This document shows positions 18,267-28,720 of a DNA stretch of 64,000 nucleotides, one piece after another; within the stretch, counting starts at the first letter, position 1, and each line of letters begins with the position of its first letter. The notes below the pieces were generated by a model. It saw only the letters and a program-made list of their open reading frames with translations. It searched no databases and had not been told where the DNA came from. Source of the DNA: Candidatus Latescibacterota bacterium (lineage in GTDB: Bacteria; Latescibacterota; UBA2968); the NCBI GenBank assembly GCA_965204745.1, contig OZ242010.1, positions 3,872,001 to 3,936,000 of the forward strand, written 5' to 3'. The position numbers were made by a program, and so were the translations under genes.

Positions 18267-19275
18267 TCAAGGGGTTTTCGGGGTGATTCGATAGAATTTT
18301 TCGCCCTCAAAATCTTGGTCATGGCGCAACATGCCCCAGATCGAATGGAGCAACTTTCGCATCACCGCAACGATAGCCTGCAAAGGTTTCTTGCCGCGGG
18401 CGATGAGTTGGTCATAGAAGGCTTTGACATGGCCTTCGTGTCTGATGGCCACCCAGGCAGGCATATAGAGGGCATGGCGGAGGTACTTATTCCCGGTTTT
18501 CGAGATGCGTCTTTGTGGATTGGCGGTTCCGGATTGTTTGGGTTTGGGATCCAGGCCTGCATGTGCGACCCACTGGGGCGGTTTGCATCTCCTCTGGCAA
18601 AAGGGTCAACTCGGCCAAGAGCCGCAAGGCACTCGTTTGCGCGATGCCAGGCGTCGAGCAGAGGCGTTGGTAGGCACGCTTGAGGGGCTCATCGTGCAAA
18701 ACGAGATCGAGGGCTTGGCTTTCCAAGTATGCAATCCGGCGTTTGAAGTGTCGAATATTCACCTGAATATCGCGTGCGATGAGACGTGTGCTGCGGATGT
18801 GGTAGCTCTGCGCGTGGTTGCGGCTCTGTTCGCGGATGATCTCCTGCTTGAGTTGGTCAATGCGTCTGGTGAGGGCTTGCAGTTGAAGCCGTTGCTCGCT
18901 CGGCGCTTGCCAAGGCACAAAAGGCATGCGCTCGGCATAGTCGAGGATCAACAACGCATCCTTCGCATCCGTCTTCGCCCGTTGCATGCAGGCTTGGGCG
19001 TACTTGCTCATCGCTTTGGGATTGACGACCATGACCTTTGTGTGGCGATGCCGATGCAAGGCCAAGGCCACCCCCAAACTGTAAAGCCCGGTCGCTTCGA
19101 GGCACACAGAGACCATGTGCCCGCCCTTCGTGAGCCACTTCAGCAACCGCTTATGCGCTTGGGGATCATTGGCAAAGGTCGCTTGCATGACAGCTTGTCC
19201 GGGTCTGGACAGGGCAACGGACAACGTGCGGGCACTGACATCAATGCCGGCAAAAGCGGGGTGAGATTTCGACAT
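18267..19275 (-). pseudogene. IS110 transposase, frameshifted
   Basis: An extra T at 18582-18584 (GGTTTGC versus GGTTGC in copy 1) splits the ORF before the QSG serine motif. Confidence 0.85.
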
Positions 19276-19340
19276 GGGGGCCTCCTGTGATGAGGGGGTT
19301 GTAAGGGATCTGGTGCGCGCTCGGGGTCGCGTCCCGACCA

Positions 19341-19531
19341 TTGACGCCAAGTCTACCGGTCTTGTATATGCAGCCTCAAGGGGCTTAGATACTCTTCGGC
19401 ATAGACCCGGCGGTCGGGGGGCCTATCTTACCTACAAGGTCATCGCCTTCAAGAGGGGCCGGCCTTCCCCGAGCCGGGCATCAAGATGGCTTATCTCGAT
19501 ACGAGGGCGCAACTCCTAATTAACCCTTACT
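19341..19531 (-). ncRNA. Predicted IS110 bridge RNA (copy 2)
   Basis: Same sequence as 7790-7980. Confidence 0.82.
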
Positions 19532-19607
19532 TCCAAGATACAAGAGGGGAGAGGGTTGGTCAGTTCCAGTTCATCCTCAAGTTGTCAGTTGTCAGCGGAA
19601 CGCCAGG

Positions 19608-19667
19608 GCTTGATTTTCTCGATAAACCGTTCAAGCCGGTGCATGGCCCGTAAATGTCAACACAACC
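19608..19667. mobile_element. Partial MITE end (same family as 10696-11119)
   Basis: Reverse-complement match to ~10696-10760, including the TIR AAATGTCAACACAACC followed by TA. Confidence 0.7.
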
Positions 19668-19725
19668 TAGCCACGAGCGGGGTACATCTAACGACAGCCA
19701 GAGAACGGCGTATAACTGCGTTTGT

Positions 19726-20397
19726 TCAAAATCTCGTTTTTAACGCGACCATTGTCCGACCCTGCATATCGACAGGCGCGATGTCGATCCACATGCGAGG
19801 GCCGGTTTGTTTTTTCAGGGTGCGCGTGTAGGCAGAGGCGTGGATTGCGCTGGCGATGTGGTTGAGCACGGCGAGGCCCGTGACGAGCGACGCACGTTTG
19901 AGGTATTTGTTGCTGTCGTTGCGCCGGGTTTCATACGCCTGCCTGCGCGCGGATTGCACGCTCGTGTTGTCGGTTGTAAATTCAGAGGGCGCGTCGTCCC
20001 AGCCATAGACGAACTGGTGGTATTTGCCGATGAGTTCGTAGTACTGTTGCGTGTCGTCCTCTTTGGAGGGCAATGCGTGGGTTTCGTGATAGGGGTCGTC
20101 CTGCCGCCTGTTGAAGTCCCGCCATGCCCTGTACCGCGCTGCGTTCCAATGCTGGTCCGCGTACGCGCGAAATTCCGCTTTGATGTCATTCCCCTTGCCC
20201 CGCCATGAAATATAGGCCGTCCATGTGAGGGCCTCCGCGCTCATAAATCCAACCCCTCGCCATTTGGCCCCGGCATACCACTCACCCAACCCCGGCACGA
20301 GCAACGAGAGAAAGAAAGCCGTCTTCGGCGATTTTTCCGCATGCACCTGCCCGCACATCAGGGCAAACGCGAATGCGTAGAGGGTAAATTTTCGCAT
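19726..20397 (-). CDS. Exported/membrane hypothetical protein (DUF5683-like)
   Basis: Signal peptide; KSPKTAFFLSLLVPGLGEWYAG; QQYYELIGKYHQFVYGWDD. Confidence 0.7.
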   Translation of the reverse strand: MRKFTLYAFAFALMCGQVHAEKSPKTAFFLSLLVPGLGEWYAGAKWRGVGFMSAEALTWTAYISWRGKGNDIKAEFRAYADQHWNAARYRAWRDFNRRQDDPYHETHALPSKEDDTQQYYELIGKYHQFVYGWDDAPSEFTTDNTSVQSARRQAYETRRNDSNKYLKRASLVTGLAVLNHIASAIHASAYTRTLKKQTGPRMWIDIAPVDMQGRTMVALKTRF

Positions 20398-20527
20398 GGG
20401 GAAAACTCCTTTTTTTCAGCCATCCGCGTCATCTGCATTCTTATGCGAATGTCTTTGCCTCGTTGTGGCTTACTCGCCCTTTTGTATTTTGAACTGGCTG
20501 TCGCCAGTTGTACCCCGCTCGTGGCTA

Positions 20528-20868
20528 GGTTGTGTTGACATTTTATTTTTTTCACGTTACTCACAGAGTAGCAACTGTGTTGCTTGCTGATTTAATGCGT
20601 CTGGTCCTTTGATGGCTTATATCTCTGGTTGCTCTGATGGCGTTGTGCGAGGGGACCTATCCCCCGGCCCCTTTCCTACGAGGAAAGGGGAGTAAAGCAC
20701 CTTTGATGGCTTAGGTTGCTCTGATGGCGTTGACCGAGGGCATAAAGCGATCAGAAATCCCTCATCAATCCCCTCGCAAAACCGCTCACAGTTCCCCCCT
20801 TCCTCGCAGGAAGGGGGGTTAGGGGGGTAGGTCCCGATGTTGCAGGGCCCGTAAATGTCAACACAACT
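20528..20868. mobile_element. MITE, inverted copy of the 10696-11119 family
   Basis: Same TIRs, TA flanks and internal palindromic units. Confidence 0.8.
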
Positions 20869-20900
20869 TAATTTTTTCCGCGTCCTCCGCTTAATCGCCT

Positions 20901-23900
20901 TTAATCCGCGATCCGTTTTTCCTCCGCGATCAGGTTTTCAAAATACCGTCGGATGAGGGCTTGGTACTCGGCGGAGTAGCCTTGTTTGAGGGCGTCGCGC
21001 ATCAGGCGGCGCAGGGGATTGTCCGCTTCGCCCAAATTTGCGGGGAGCGATCCCGGCCCGCGATAGGTGATGTTTTCGCCCGTGCGCGCTTGGCGTTTTT
21101 TGCTCTTGCCGCGCTCGCGCATGGCGCGTTGCGCGTCGAGCAAGCGAGAGAGGATTTGTCGTTGTCGCGTGAGGGTTTGGGGCGAGATCTGTCGTTGCGC
21201 GAGTTCGCGGGCCGTTTCGCGCATGTCGCCTGCGATTTTGCCCAGGTCCCCGAGCATCTCGCGCCGTTGTTGGGCCAATTCGTCTCGCAGGGCATCGAGC
21301 GCGTCTTGAATGGCGCGTTGTTGGGCCGCGAGGCGTTGCCATGAGGGTTGTTGCCCGGGTCGTCCAAAGAGATTTTCGGTTTGGTCATTGACGTCGCCTT
21401 GTCGTTGGGCGAGGGCGGCCATTTGTGCCATCATTTCTTCAAAGCCGGTGCCGGATTGCGAGGCCGCGAGTTGGCCCAGCGCGCCTTGTACCATCATCGC
21501 GGCAGTGTTGAGCGCGCCCATGGCCTCGCGGGCGAGTTGGGGTGCTCGATCGGCGTGGCCCGCGTTGAGGTGCTCGGCGGCTTCTTCCATTTTGTTCAGG
21601 GCATTGCCCAATGCGGCTTGCGCCCTTGGCGGGAGGAAAAAGCTCTTGCGCGACGCGTCGAGCATGCGGCCCGCCATGCGCGATGCCCCCGCGATGGTGC
21701 GTGCTTGATCCCGGGCGAGGGGTGCGGTTTCGCTGCGGTCTCGCGCTTCATCTGCGCGTTGTGCCGTGCGTTCTTGGGCGCGGGACAAGGCGAGCAAGTC
21801 GTGCAAGACCCGGTTGAGGTCGCGGGCGACTTCGTCTTTTTGCCGCTGGATAAATCGCTGGCGCGCGTCCGCAAATCGCTGGCTGAGGGCTTGCAAATCC
21901 CCGGCGATGGCATCGCTTTTTTGTCGCGCGCTTTGCCGTTGCCCAAACGCCAAGTCCTCGCGCACGCGATCCATGCGGTCGGAAAATTTCTCGCGGCGCA
22001 TGGCGTCGGCGATGCGGTCGAGGTCGCTCGCGGTGGGGTTGTCCATCTCCTGCGCGGCGCGGTGCAATTCTCGGCGCAACTGCTCGGTGTCGCGGGCGAT
22101 TTGCACTTGCCTGCGCGCGAGGTCATCTGCGGGGGCGCGTTCCATGTGCTGCGTGAGTTGGCCTTGGGCGCGGGCGAGTTCTTCGAGTTTTTGGCCGAGC
22201 GCGTCCAGGGTTTGTTGCTGGCGCACGCGCTGGAGCAAGGCCAGGGCGCGGTCGATGCCCTCGTGAAATTTTTCGCGCTCATTCTGAAATTCCGCGAGGG
22301 CTTCGCGCACCATGTCCGCGTCTGCGTTTTGAACGGCTTCGTCCAATTTTTTCATCACTTCCATCAGTTCGGGCGTGCGAATTTGCGAGAGCAAGTCGTG
22401 CAATTCGTCGAGTTTTTGCAAGGTGTCGTCCTCGAGCAACCCGCTGTCTTCGAGTTGGTCGAGGGCGCGGTCGAGTTGCTCGGCGGTGGCTTGGATTTCG
22501 TCGGCGAGTTCGGCCTGCGTTTGGAGTGCTTTTTCAAATTCGCGTTTTTCCTGCCAGTCCAGCGCGTCTTTGGACATGAGTTGCCGCGCCAAGTCTTGCA
22601 GGCGTCGGTCGAGGTCGCGCCCGCGTTCTTGAACGCTTTCGATGTGATCGATGCTCTCGCGCTGCGTTTTCTCTGCGGCTTCGTGGATTTCAAACAAACT
22701 GGGCAAGCGAATGGTGAAGGTGGCGGTTTCGGCATAAGACGGGGTGGGATTGTTGTCGTACGCACGGACGCGGTACGACACGCGGTCCCCCGGCAGCAGG
22801 TTGAGACCAGCCATGTCCCAGTGGTAAGCCGCCTCGACTTCGCGGCCTGGGGACATGGCGATGGGAATGACCTGCGGTTGGCCGGTGTGGTCCACCGCGT
22901 CATAACGCAGTTCAAGGCGGGAAACGCCGTAGTCGTCAAAGGCTTCGGCCAGCAGGGAAACGCGCAGGGACTCGGTGAGATCGACATCGCGGCCCGGATG
23001 CAACAACCGCACCTCTGGGGGATGATCGGGCAGGGCGACGACGCGGTAGGAAACCGGATCCTCGTTGCCGACCATGTGGGCGTCTCGCATCACAACGCGG
23101 TAACGCCCGTCTTTTGCCACTGTGAAGACCACCTGTGCGCGGGACGAATCCACCGCGGCGGGCAGGCGGGATGAGTCGTCAAAAACGAGGGTTGCGGTTT
23201 CGATAGACTTGTTGGCCTCGATGGTCAGCGCGACCTCTGTGCCGGTTGGGACGACGATATCCCCGCCTTGTTGATCGATGCGGTCGGGCAAATGGGTATG
23301 CGGCGGGAACCGGTCATCGTGCGAGATGCGCGTGACGATGGGGCGCGGGTGTACGCTCGCGGTGTAAATCGGGGTTTGCGCGTCGTGGGCAGACAGGCGG
23401 TAGTCGAAGGATCGCGTGACCGCGGGAAAGCGATGAGACGCGGTGGTTTGTTTGACCGGCAAGACAAATGATGCCCATGATTGCGCGCCCGCTTCGCGGA
23501 TGTACAGCCGGGCATTGCGCGGGACGACGCCGGACAGGTGCGCGGTGATGGCGAGCGGCTCGCCTCCGACGACCTCGACATGGCCCGGGCGCAATGCGAT
23601 GTGCGTATCGGGCGGGCGGGTATAGTGCGTTTGCGGAGTTGCGAGGCGTTGCGCTGCGCCGGCCAGTGCGGTGGGCCACAGCGCGTGGAGCAACAGGGCC
23701 ACCACCGCGAGCGCGATGGTCGCCATTGCTGCGCGAATTGGGGGCTTGCGGTCGATGAGCGTTTCAAACGCGAGGTGCTGCGTGGCTTCTTCGGCTTGGA
23801 TGATCGCGGCATCGACCAATGCGGTGGCGTGCCCGTCGCGGTCGCGGTGCCGCCACAACTGGAGCGCGTTGATCAAGTGTTGTTGCAACCCCCCGAAATG

Positions 23901-24230
23901 GCGTTCCACGCGCAGGGCGATCTCGTCGAGCCTCGGCGGCCTGACGATGGGCATGACGCAGAAGTACCCGATGAGGAACGCGACGCACAACGCGCACGCG
24001 CCTTCCAAAATGAGCTTGAGGATCGGACGCAGGTAAAAGATGGATTCGAGCGCGATGAGCACAAGGCCCGCGCCGAGCGCAAAGGCCAGCGCGATGCCCA
24101 TGCCCGTCAGCACCCGATTCGCGGCGATCAATGCGCGTAATCGCGTGAGCCGTTGCGCGAGTTTTTGATGTGCGGATTGTGCAGTCATTGGAATCAGTGG
24201 TTGGTGGTCGGCGGTTAAGTCCTCGTCCAT
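20901..24230 (-). CDS. DUF4175-like large membrane-anchored coiled-coil protein
   Basis: N-terminal TMs, Ig-like middle region (DHPPEV, DDYGV, AYDNN), long Q/E-rich coiled coil, C-terminal YQALIRRYF. Confidence 0.8.
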   Translation of the reverse strand: MDEDLTADHQPLIPMTAQSAHQKLAQRLTRLRALIAANRVLTGMGIALAFALGAGLVLIALESIFYLRPILKLILEGACALCVAFLIGYFCVMPIVRPPRLDEIALRVERHFGGLQQHLINALQLWRHRDRDGHATALVDAAIIQAEEATQHLAFETLIDRKPPIRAAMATIALAVVALLLHALWPTALAGAAQRLATPQTHYTRPPDTHIALRPGHVEVVGGEPLAITAHLSGVVPRNARLYIREAGAQSWASFVLPVKQTTASHRFPAVTRSFDYRLSAHDAQTPIYTASVHPRPIVTRISHDDRFPPHTHLPDRIDQQGGDIVVPTGTEVALTIEANKSIETATLVFDDSSRLPAAVDSSRAQVVFTVAKDGRYRVVMRDAHMVGNEDPVSYRVVALPDHPPEVRLLHPGRDVDLTESLRVSLLAEAFDDYGVSRLELRYDAVDHTGQPQVIPIAMSPGREVEAAYHWDMAGLNLLPGDRVSYRVRAYDNNPTPSYAETATFTIRLPSLFEIHEAAEKTQRESIDHIESVQERGRDLDRRLQDLARQLMSKDALDWQEKREFEKALQTQAELADEIQATAEQLDRALDQLEDSGLLEDDTLQKLDELHDLLSQIRTPELMEVMKKLDEAVQNADADMVREALAEFQNEREKFHEGIDRALALLQRVRQQQTLDALGQKLEELARAQGQLTQHMERAPADDLARRQVQIARDTEQLRRELHRAAQEMDNPTASDLDRIADAMRREKFSDRMDRVREDLAFGQRQSARQKSDAIAGDLQALSQRFADARQRFIQRQKDEVARDLNRVLHDLLALSRAQERTAQRADEARDRSETAPLARDQARTIAGASRMAGRMLDASRKSFFLPPRAQAALGNALNKMEEAAEHLNAGHADRAPQLAREAMGALNTAAMMVQGALGQLAASQSGTGFEEMMAQMAALAQRQGDVNDQTENLFGRPGQQPSWQRLAAQQRAIQDALDALRDELAQQRREMLGDLGKIAGDMRETARELAQRQISPQTLTRQRQILSRLLDAQRAMRERGKSKKRQARTGENITYRGPGSLPANLGEADNPLRRLMRDALKQGYSAEYQALIRRYFENLIAEEKRIAD

Positions 24231-24256
24231 CCGCCTTCTGAATCGGAATTTGGAAT

Positions 24257-24919
24257 TTAATGCATGAGTGCCCAGACGATGACGTTGACGCCCATTTTGA
24301 GGGCTTCGCGTCTTTTTTCGGGCGGGTCATTGTGGACGTCGGGATCGTCCCACCCATCGGCGATGTCGCTGCTCACGTTGTAAAAGACGATCAGGCGGCC
24401 TTCGTGGAACAGGCCCCAAGCCTGCGGGGGATCGCCGTCGTGTTCGTGGATTTTGGGCAAGCCGTTTGGAAAGGAGAACGGCGTTTGAAAGAGGCCATAA
24501 GACGGGGGCAGTTGCACGAGTTCCTTGTCCGGAAATGCGCGGTGAAGTTCTCGGCGAAAGGATTTGTCCAACCCGTAGTCGTCGTTGGCAAAGAGAAATC
24601 CCCCGCGCTCGAGGTACAGGCGCAGGCGGCGCAGTTCTTCTTCGGAGAATCGGATGTTCCCGTGGCCCGTGAGGAACAGCACGGGATAGGCGAAGAGGTG
24701 GTCGTCTGTCAGCGCGACTTGGGCTTCTTGTTCCGCGGTGCGAATGGGCGTGTGTTGCGCGATAAATGCGAGCAAATTGGGAATTTCCGTCGGGCCGTTG
24801 TACCAGTCGCCGCCGCCGTCGTACTTGAGGCGGGCGATAGTAAATGCCGCGGGCGGCTCGCGCAGTTGGGCCACGCAGGGCGCGGCGAGCATGAGAATGA
24901 AAATGAGAAAATGGCGCAT
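24257..24919 (-). CDS. DUF4159 domain protein
   Basis: ARLKYDGGGDWY, GGFLFANDDYG, LPKIHEHDG, DGWDD. Confidence 0.88.
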   Translation of the reverse strand: MRHFLIFILMLAAPCVAQLREPPAAFTIARLKYDGGGDWYNGPTEIPNLLAFIAQHTPIRTAEQEAQVALTDDHLFAYPVLFLTGHGNIRFSEEELRRLRLYLERGGFLFANDDYGLDKSFRRELHRAFPDKELVQLPPSYGLFQTPFSFPNGLPKIHEHDGDPPQAWGLFHEGRLIVFYNVSSDIADGWDDPDVHNDPPEKRREALKMGVNVIVWALMH

Positions 24920-24955
24920 GGTTTTTAGAACGTTGGAAAGAGGCGCGGAGTTCCA

Positions 24956-25279
24956 CTATGGGGCCGTGCGATGGGGTTCGATTTGCAGGAACGTGTACGT
25001 GCAATCGAAATCGACTTCTGACAAACACCGCTTGTCAATGGGAAATGCCGCGCATTGTTGGGGGCGGTTTTCGTAGATGCTACACAGGGTATCCCCGGTT
25101 TCGCTTTTGATGAGAAACGGGCATTTGAACAGCAACTCACAGCAGTTGCCACACTGGTTGCACTCGCCCTGCCTGCGTTCAACCTGCTGCGCGACATACG
25201 CCTTGCGAAACCACACCAGCCAAAATCGCCGCATCTTGCCGATGCCCTGTTCGCACAATTTGCCAAATGTTTTGGTCAT
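24956..25279 (-). CDS. Small Cys-cluster (YkgJ-like Fe-S/Zn) protein
   Basis: CNQCGNCC...CPF...CSIYENRPQQC motif. Confidence 0.75.
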   Translation of the reverse strand: MTKTFGKLCEQGIGKMRRFWLVWFRKAYVAQQVERRQGECNQCGNCCELLFKCPFLIKSETGDTLCSIYENRPQQCAAFPIDKRCLSEVDFDCTYTFLQIEPHRTAP

Positions 25280-25298
25280 GGAGAGTCCTGGGAAGTGG

Positions 25299-25676
25299 TC
25301 AGTAGTCAGCGATCAGCCCCGCCAAAAGCATGGGCAAAGCGAGGAGTTCGCGTTTGAGCGGATCGAGAACATAGCCCAAGGCTTCGAGGGTGACGACACC
25401 CAAGAGATTGCTGTCCCCCGGTTCGCCAAAGATGACGGGCGAGGCGCCACGGTGGGCTTTGTAGCGAAACAGCGCGTCTCCCATGTCGCGTTCAATCCTA
25501 TCGCCATTTGCCAGCGTGAAGGTTCGGCGGGAATGCGGTTGGATGCCCAAGGCTTCTAGCACGGGCCGTTGCACCACAGAGTAGATCGCGCCCGAGTCGA
25601 TGAGAAAGTGCTCGGTTTGAAAGGTTTCTGCGTGCGCGGGGTTGGCGATGTCGATGTCGAGAAATACGAGTCCCAT
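25299..25676 (-). CDS. Clan AA aspartyl protease-like protein
   Basis: FLIDSGA and LLGVVTLEALG motifs. Confidence 0.85.
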   Translation of the reverse strand: MGLVFLDIDIANPAHAETFQTEHFLIDSGAIYSVVQRPVLEALGIQPHSRRTFTLANGDRIERDMGDALFRYKAHRGASPVIFGEPGDSNLLGVVTLEALGYVLDPLKRELLALPMLLAGLIADY

Positions 25677-25683
25677 ACTTCGG

Positions 25684-26883
25684 TTATCCCACCAATGAGA
25701 GGCGCGAGAGGATGTTTTTCGATACTTTTGGCGTGGCGTTTTTTTGCAGTTGCGCGATTTCGCGTTCGATATTTTGCACGTCGCGTTTGGTGTCGTGAAC
25801 CGCGATAGTGAGGTCGCAGTGGTGCGTTTCCCCGGCGTTGAGGCCGATCACGCGCCCGGCGTCGCGTTCAAAGCGTTTGGGATTGGGATAGTTGGTGGCC
25901 GGCTCCAGGCCGGTGACGTACCCATCTCGCAGGGAGGCCGTGTTTTTCCAAAGCGTGAAACACGGCATTTGCTCGCGCGAAAAGTGGAGGGACGATCCCA
26001 GGTTGCCATCGGCGTTTTTGAGCAAGACGGAGGTTTGACCGCCGCGCTTGCCGGCGAGTTCGTAAAAGTACACCTGCTCCACATAGCCCGGCGTGGGGCC
26101 GCTGAATTGGTCGTAAGTTTGGATGGCTTTCTGGGCATGGGGGTCGCGCGGCGACACGGTCTTAAACGGCGCGACCAATGACGCGCCGGCTTCCAAGATG
26201 GGCGCGCCGTAATTGCAGTGGTAGAGGAGTTGCAGTTCCGCGGGCTTGTCGTTGAGATTGGTCACTTGATCCGCGATAGTGAGGCTGTTGCTGCCCAATT
26301 CGGTGGATAGAGCCGTGGTCAGGCGCAGGGCCGGGCCAAACATCATGGTTTCATCCACAATGCCCAAGACCGTGATGCGATGGGGCGGGGACAGGTCGAT
26401 TTGCACCTCCACGTGCCGCGCGGGCAGGTTGGCGATTTTGCCGTGCAGGGGCACGAACACTTCGGCCTCGTTGCCGTTGTTGTCGATCACCACATCCTTG
26501 CCAGGCGCGCCATTGCTGTCTAACCCGCAACGCACGATCCATTCGTTGAACCCCTTGAGCCAGCCCAAGCCGCCTCGGTCATCGAGATCGACAAAGGCCG
26601 GATTGACGAGGTCGCGCACGGGCGATTCCCAGCCCAAGGGAATGCCGCGGTAAATGCCCTTCCAAATACCCATGCCGCGCGTGGGCACGATGAACACAGA
26701 CAGCGCGCCGTTGTCGATTTCGATGAGATCGACCCCGTCTTGCAAGCCGCCTTTGAGCGCGGTTTTTTGCACGCGCCAAGTATGCCCGGTGCCCAGCGGC
26801 AAGGTGGATTCATCGACTGTCCACGCTTCGGTCCAAAGCGCGCGCTCGACATCGGTGAGCACAAAACGGTAAGTGCCTTCCAT
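25684..26883 (-). CDS. Aldose 1-epimerase family protein (DUF4432-like)
   Basis: PTRGMG, LHGKIAN, LYHCNYG, YVTGLEP. Confidence 0.85.
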   Translation of the reverse strand: MEGTYRFVLTDVERALWTEAWTVDESTLPLGTGHTWRVQKTALKGGLQDGVDLIEIDNGALSVFIVPTRGMGIWKGIYRGIPLGWESPVRDLVNPAFVDLDDRGGLGWLKGFNEWIVRCGLDSNGAPGKDVVIDNNGNEAEVFVPLHGKIANLPARHVEVQIDLSPPHRITVLGIVDETMMFGPALRLTTALSTELGSNSLTIADQVTNLNDKPAELQLLYHCNYGAPILEAGASLVAPFKTVSPRDPHAQKAIQTYDQFSGPTPGYVEQVYFYELAGKRGGQTSVLLKNADGNLGSSLHFSREQMPCFTLWKNTASLRDGYVTGLEPATNYPNPKRFERDAGRVIGLNAGETHHCDLTIAVHDTKRDVQNIEREIAQLQKNATPKVSKNILSRLSLVG

Positions 26884-27019
26884 CGGAATATCCTTTGGTG
26901 TGAGATTCGACCTGACGCATTGAAATATACGGGAAAAGCCCAAAAGTGCAAAGCCCGTTGTTGCGCGGCGCAGGTGATTCGCACTTGCAAGCCCTTATGT
27001 TACTCGATATATTCAAAAT

Positions 27020-27223
27020 TATTGGGACCTACCCCCTGGCCCCCTTCCTACGAGGAAGGGGGAAGAACATCTCTCCGTTACGGGAAGGAGCCGGAGGGGG
27101 GGGCATCCATTGTTTGTTTTAAGACAAGTGCTAAGAGACGATCCGATAATGGATGAGTCGTTCATGTCTTTGGGCGATTGGCCGCGGCTTGCTTCTCACT
27201 CGCTTTTTACTCTTAATTCGCAT
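27020..27223. mobile_element. Partial copy of the IS982-related MITE
   Basis: Similar to 5109-5342 and ends in ACTCTTAATTCGCAT; the left TIR is absent. Confidence 0.7.
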
Positions 27224-27250
27224 TGACAACTGACAACTGACAACTGACCT

Positions 27251-28624
27251 ATGAAACAGACCTTCTTCTTCTGCGGAATAGGCGGCAGTGGCATGAGTGC
27301 CATTGCACAGGTGTTGTTGCACCAAGGCCATGTCGTGCGCGGGTCGGATCGCAGCTATGACCAAGGGCAAAATCCGGATTTGTACGCCCGTTTGCGCGCA
27401 TTGGGAATCGCGTTGTTCCCGCAAGATGGGTCGGGCGTGGATGAGCAGGTGGATGTGCTCGTGGTGTCGAGTGCGGTTGAGCCGACGATTTTGGATGTGA
27501 AGAAGGGGCTGAATCTGGGCATTGCGATCCGCAAACGCGCCGAAGTGTTGGCGGATTTGTTTCACCGGGGAACGGGTGTTGCCATTGGCGGCACGAGTGG
27601 CAAATCGACCGTGACCGGCATGATCGGGCATATCTTGTGCAAAACCGGGCGCGATCCCACGGTGATCAATGGCGGGATCATGCGCGATGCCGCACAGGCG
27701 CGGGGATTGGGCAATGCGATCTGCGGGGACGCCGAGTTGCTCGTCATCGAAGCCGACGAGAGCGATGGCACTATCGCGTTGTACAATCCGACCATATCCA
27801 TTCTGACCAATATCTCGCTGGATCACAAGCCGATAGACGAGTTGCAATCGCTTTTTCGGGACTTTTGCATGCGGGCAACAGACGCGGCGGTGGTGAATCG
27901 CAACTGTACGCGGTCAATGGCCTTGACGCAGGGCGTCCCCCGGCGAGTGACGTTTGGCGTGGATTGCGAGGATGTCGATGTGCAGGTGCGCGAGATAGCC
28001 CTGTTGCCGGATGGGGTGGCGTGCGTCATCAACGGGATACCCTGTCGCTTGCGCGTGCCGGGATGGCACAATGCGAGCAATGTAGCAGCGGCTATCGCAG
28101 CGTGTCGCGTGCTCGGGATCAGCGCAGAGCAAGGAGCCGCGGCATTGGCAGATTTCTCGGGCATCAGCAGGCGGTTGGACATGGTGGGCAAAGCCAACGG
28201 CGTGACCGTGATCGACGATTTCGCCCACAATCCCGACAAAATTGCCGCGACTTTGGCGACACTACACGCACAGCCCGGGCGCGTGCTCTCCGTGTTTCAA
28301 CCGCACGGCTTTGTCCCCACGCGATTTTTGAAGGACGGGCTGATCGCGGCCTTTGTCGAAGGAATGACCGAGGATGATCTGGTGATTCTATCCGAGATTT
28401 TTTACGCTGGCGGCACCGCGCACCGCGATATTTCCTCCCGAGACTTGGTCGTTGAAATCTCAAAGGCCGGGCGCCGCGCCAAATACATCCCCAACCGCGA
28501 AGCCATCATCGCCCGCCTGACCGCAGAAGCCCGTGCGGGTGATCGCATCGTCATCATGGGCGCGCGAGACGATACCCTAACCGCGTTTGCAAAAGCGATA
28601 CTGGATGGGATCCGCGAATCCTAG
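27251..28624 (+). CDS. MurC/Mpl-like Mur ligase
   Basis: GIGGSGMS, GTSGKST, EADESDG, DDFAHNP; located outside a dcw cluster. Confidence 0.88.
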   Translation: MKQTFFFCGIGGSGMSAIAQVLLHQGHVVRGSDRSYDQGQNPDLYARLRALGIALFPQDGSGVDEQVDVLVVSSAVEPTILDVKKGLNLGIAIRKRAEVLADLFHRGTGVAIGGTSGKSTVTGMIGHILCKTGRDPTVINGGIMRDAAQARGLGNAICGDAELLVIEADESDGTIALYNPTISILTNISLDHKPIDELQSLFRDFCMRATDAAVVNRNCTRSMALTQGVPRRVTFGVDCEDVDVQVREIALLPDGVACVINGIPCRLRVPGWHNASNVAAAIAACRVLGISAEQGAAALADFSGISRRLDMVGKANGVTVIDDFAHNPDKIAATLATLHAQPGRVLSVFQPHGFVPTRFLKDGLIAAFVEGMTEDDLVILSEIFYAGGTAHRDISSRDLVVEISKAGRRAKYIPNREAIIARLTAEARAGDRIVIMGARDDTLTAFAKAILDGIRES

Positions 28625-28720
28625 CCAACGCCGAAGTCCAGTGACTTTCCGAGGGGTTGGGCGGGGACTGACAACTGACAACTGACAACTGACAACTGCT
28701 TTTCTTTTTTGGAGGAATCC

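Larger units (their letters stand above)
18248..19545 (-). mobile_element. IS110-family element, copy 2
   Basis: Near-identical to 6698-7994 and 1 bp longer; AAGA core at both ends. Confidence 0.93.

Noticed and set aside
21348-23174. 608-aa plus-strand ORF and other long antisense ORFs (e.g. 34369-35451, 59528-60697, 8060-9220)
   Set aside because: They overlap well-supported genes on the opposite strand and carry no recognisable motifs; such ORFs are expected in GC-rich DNA.
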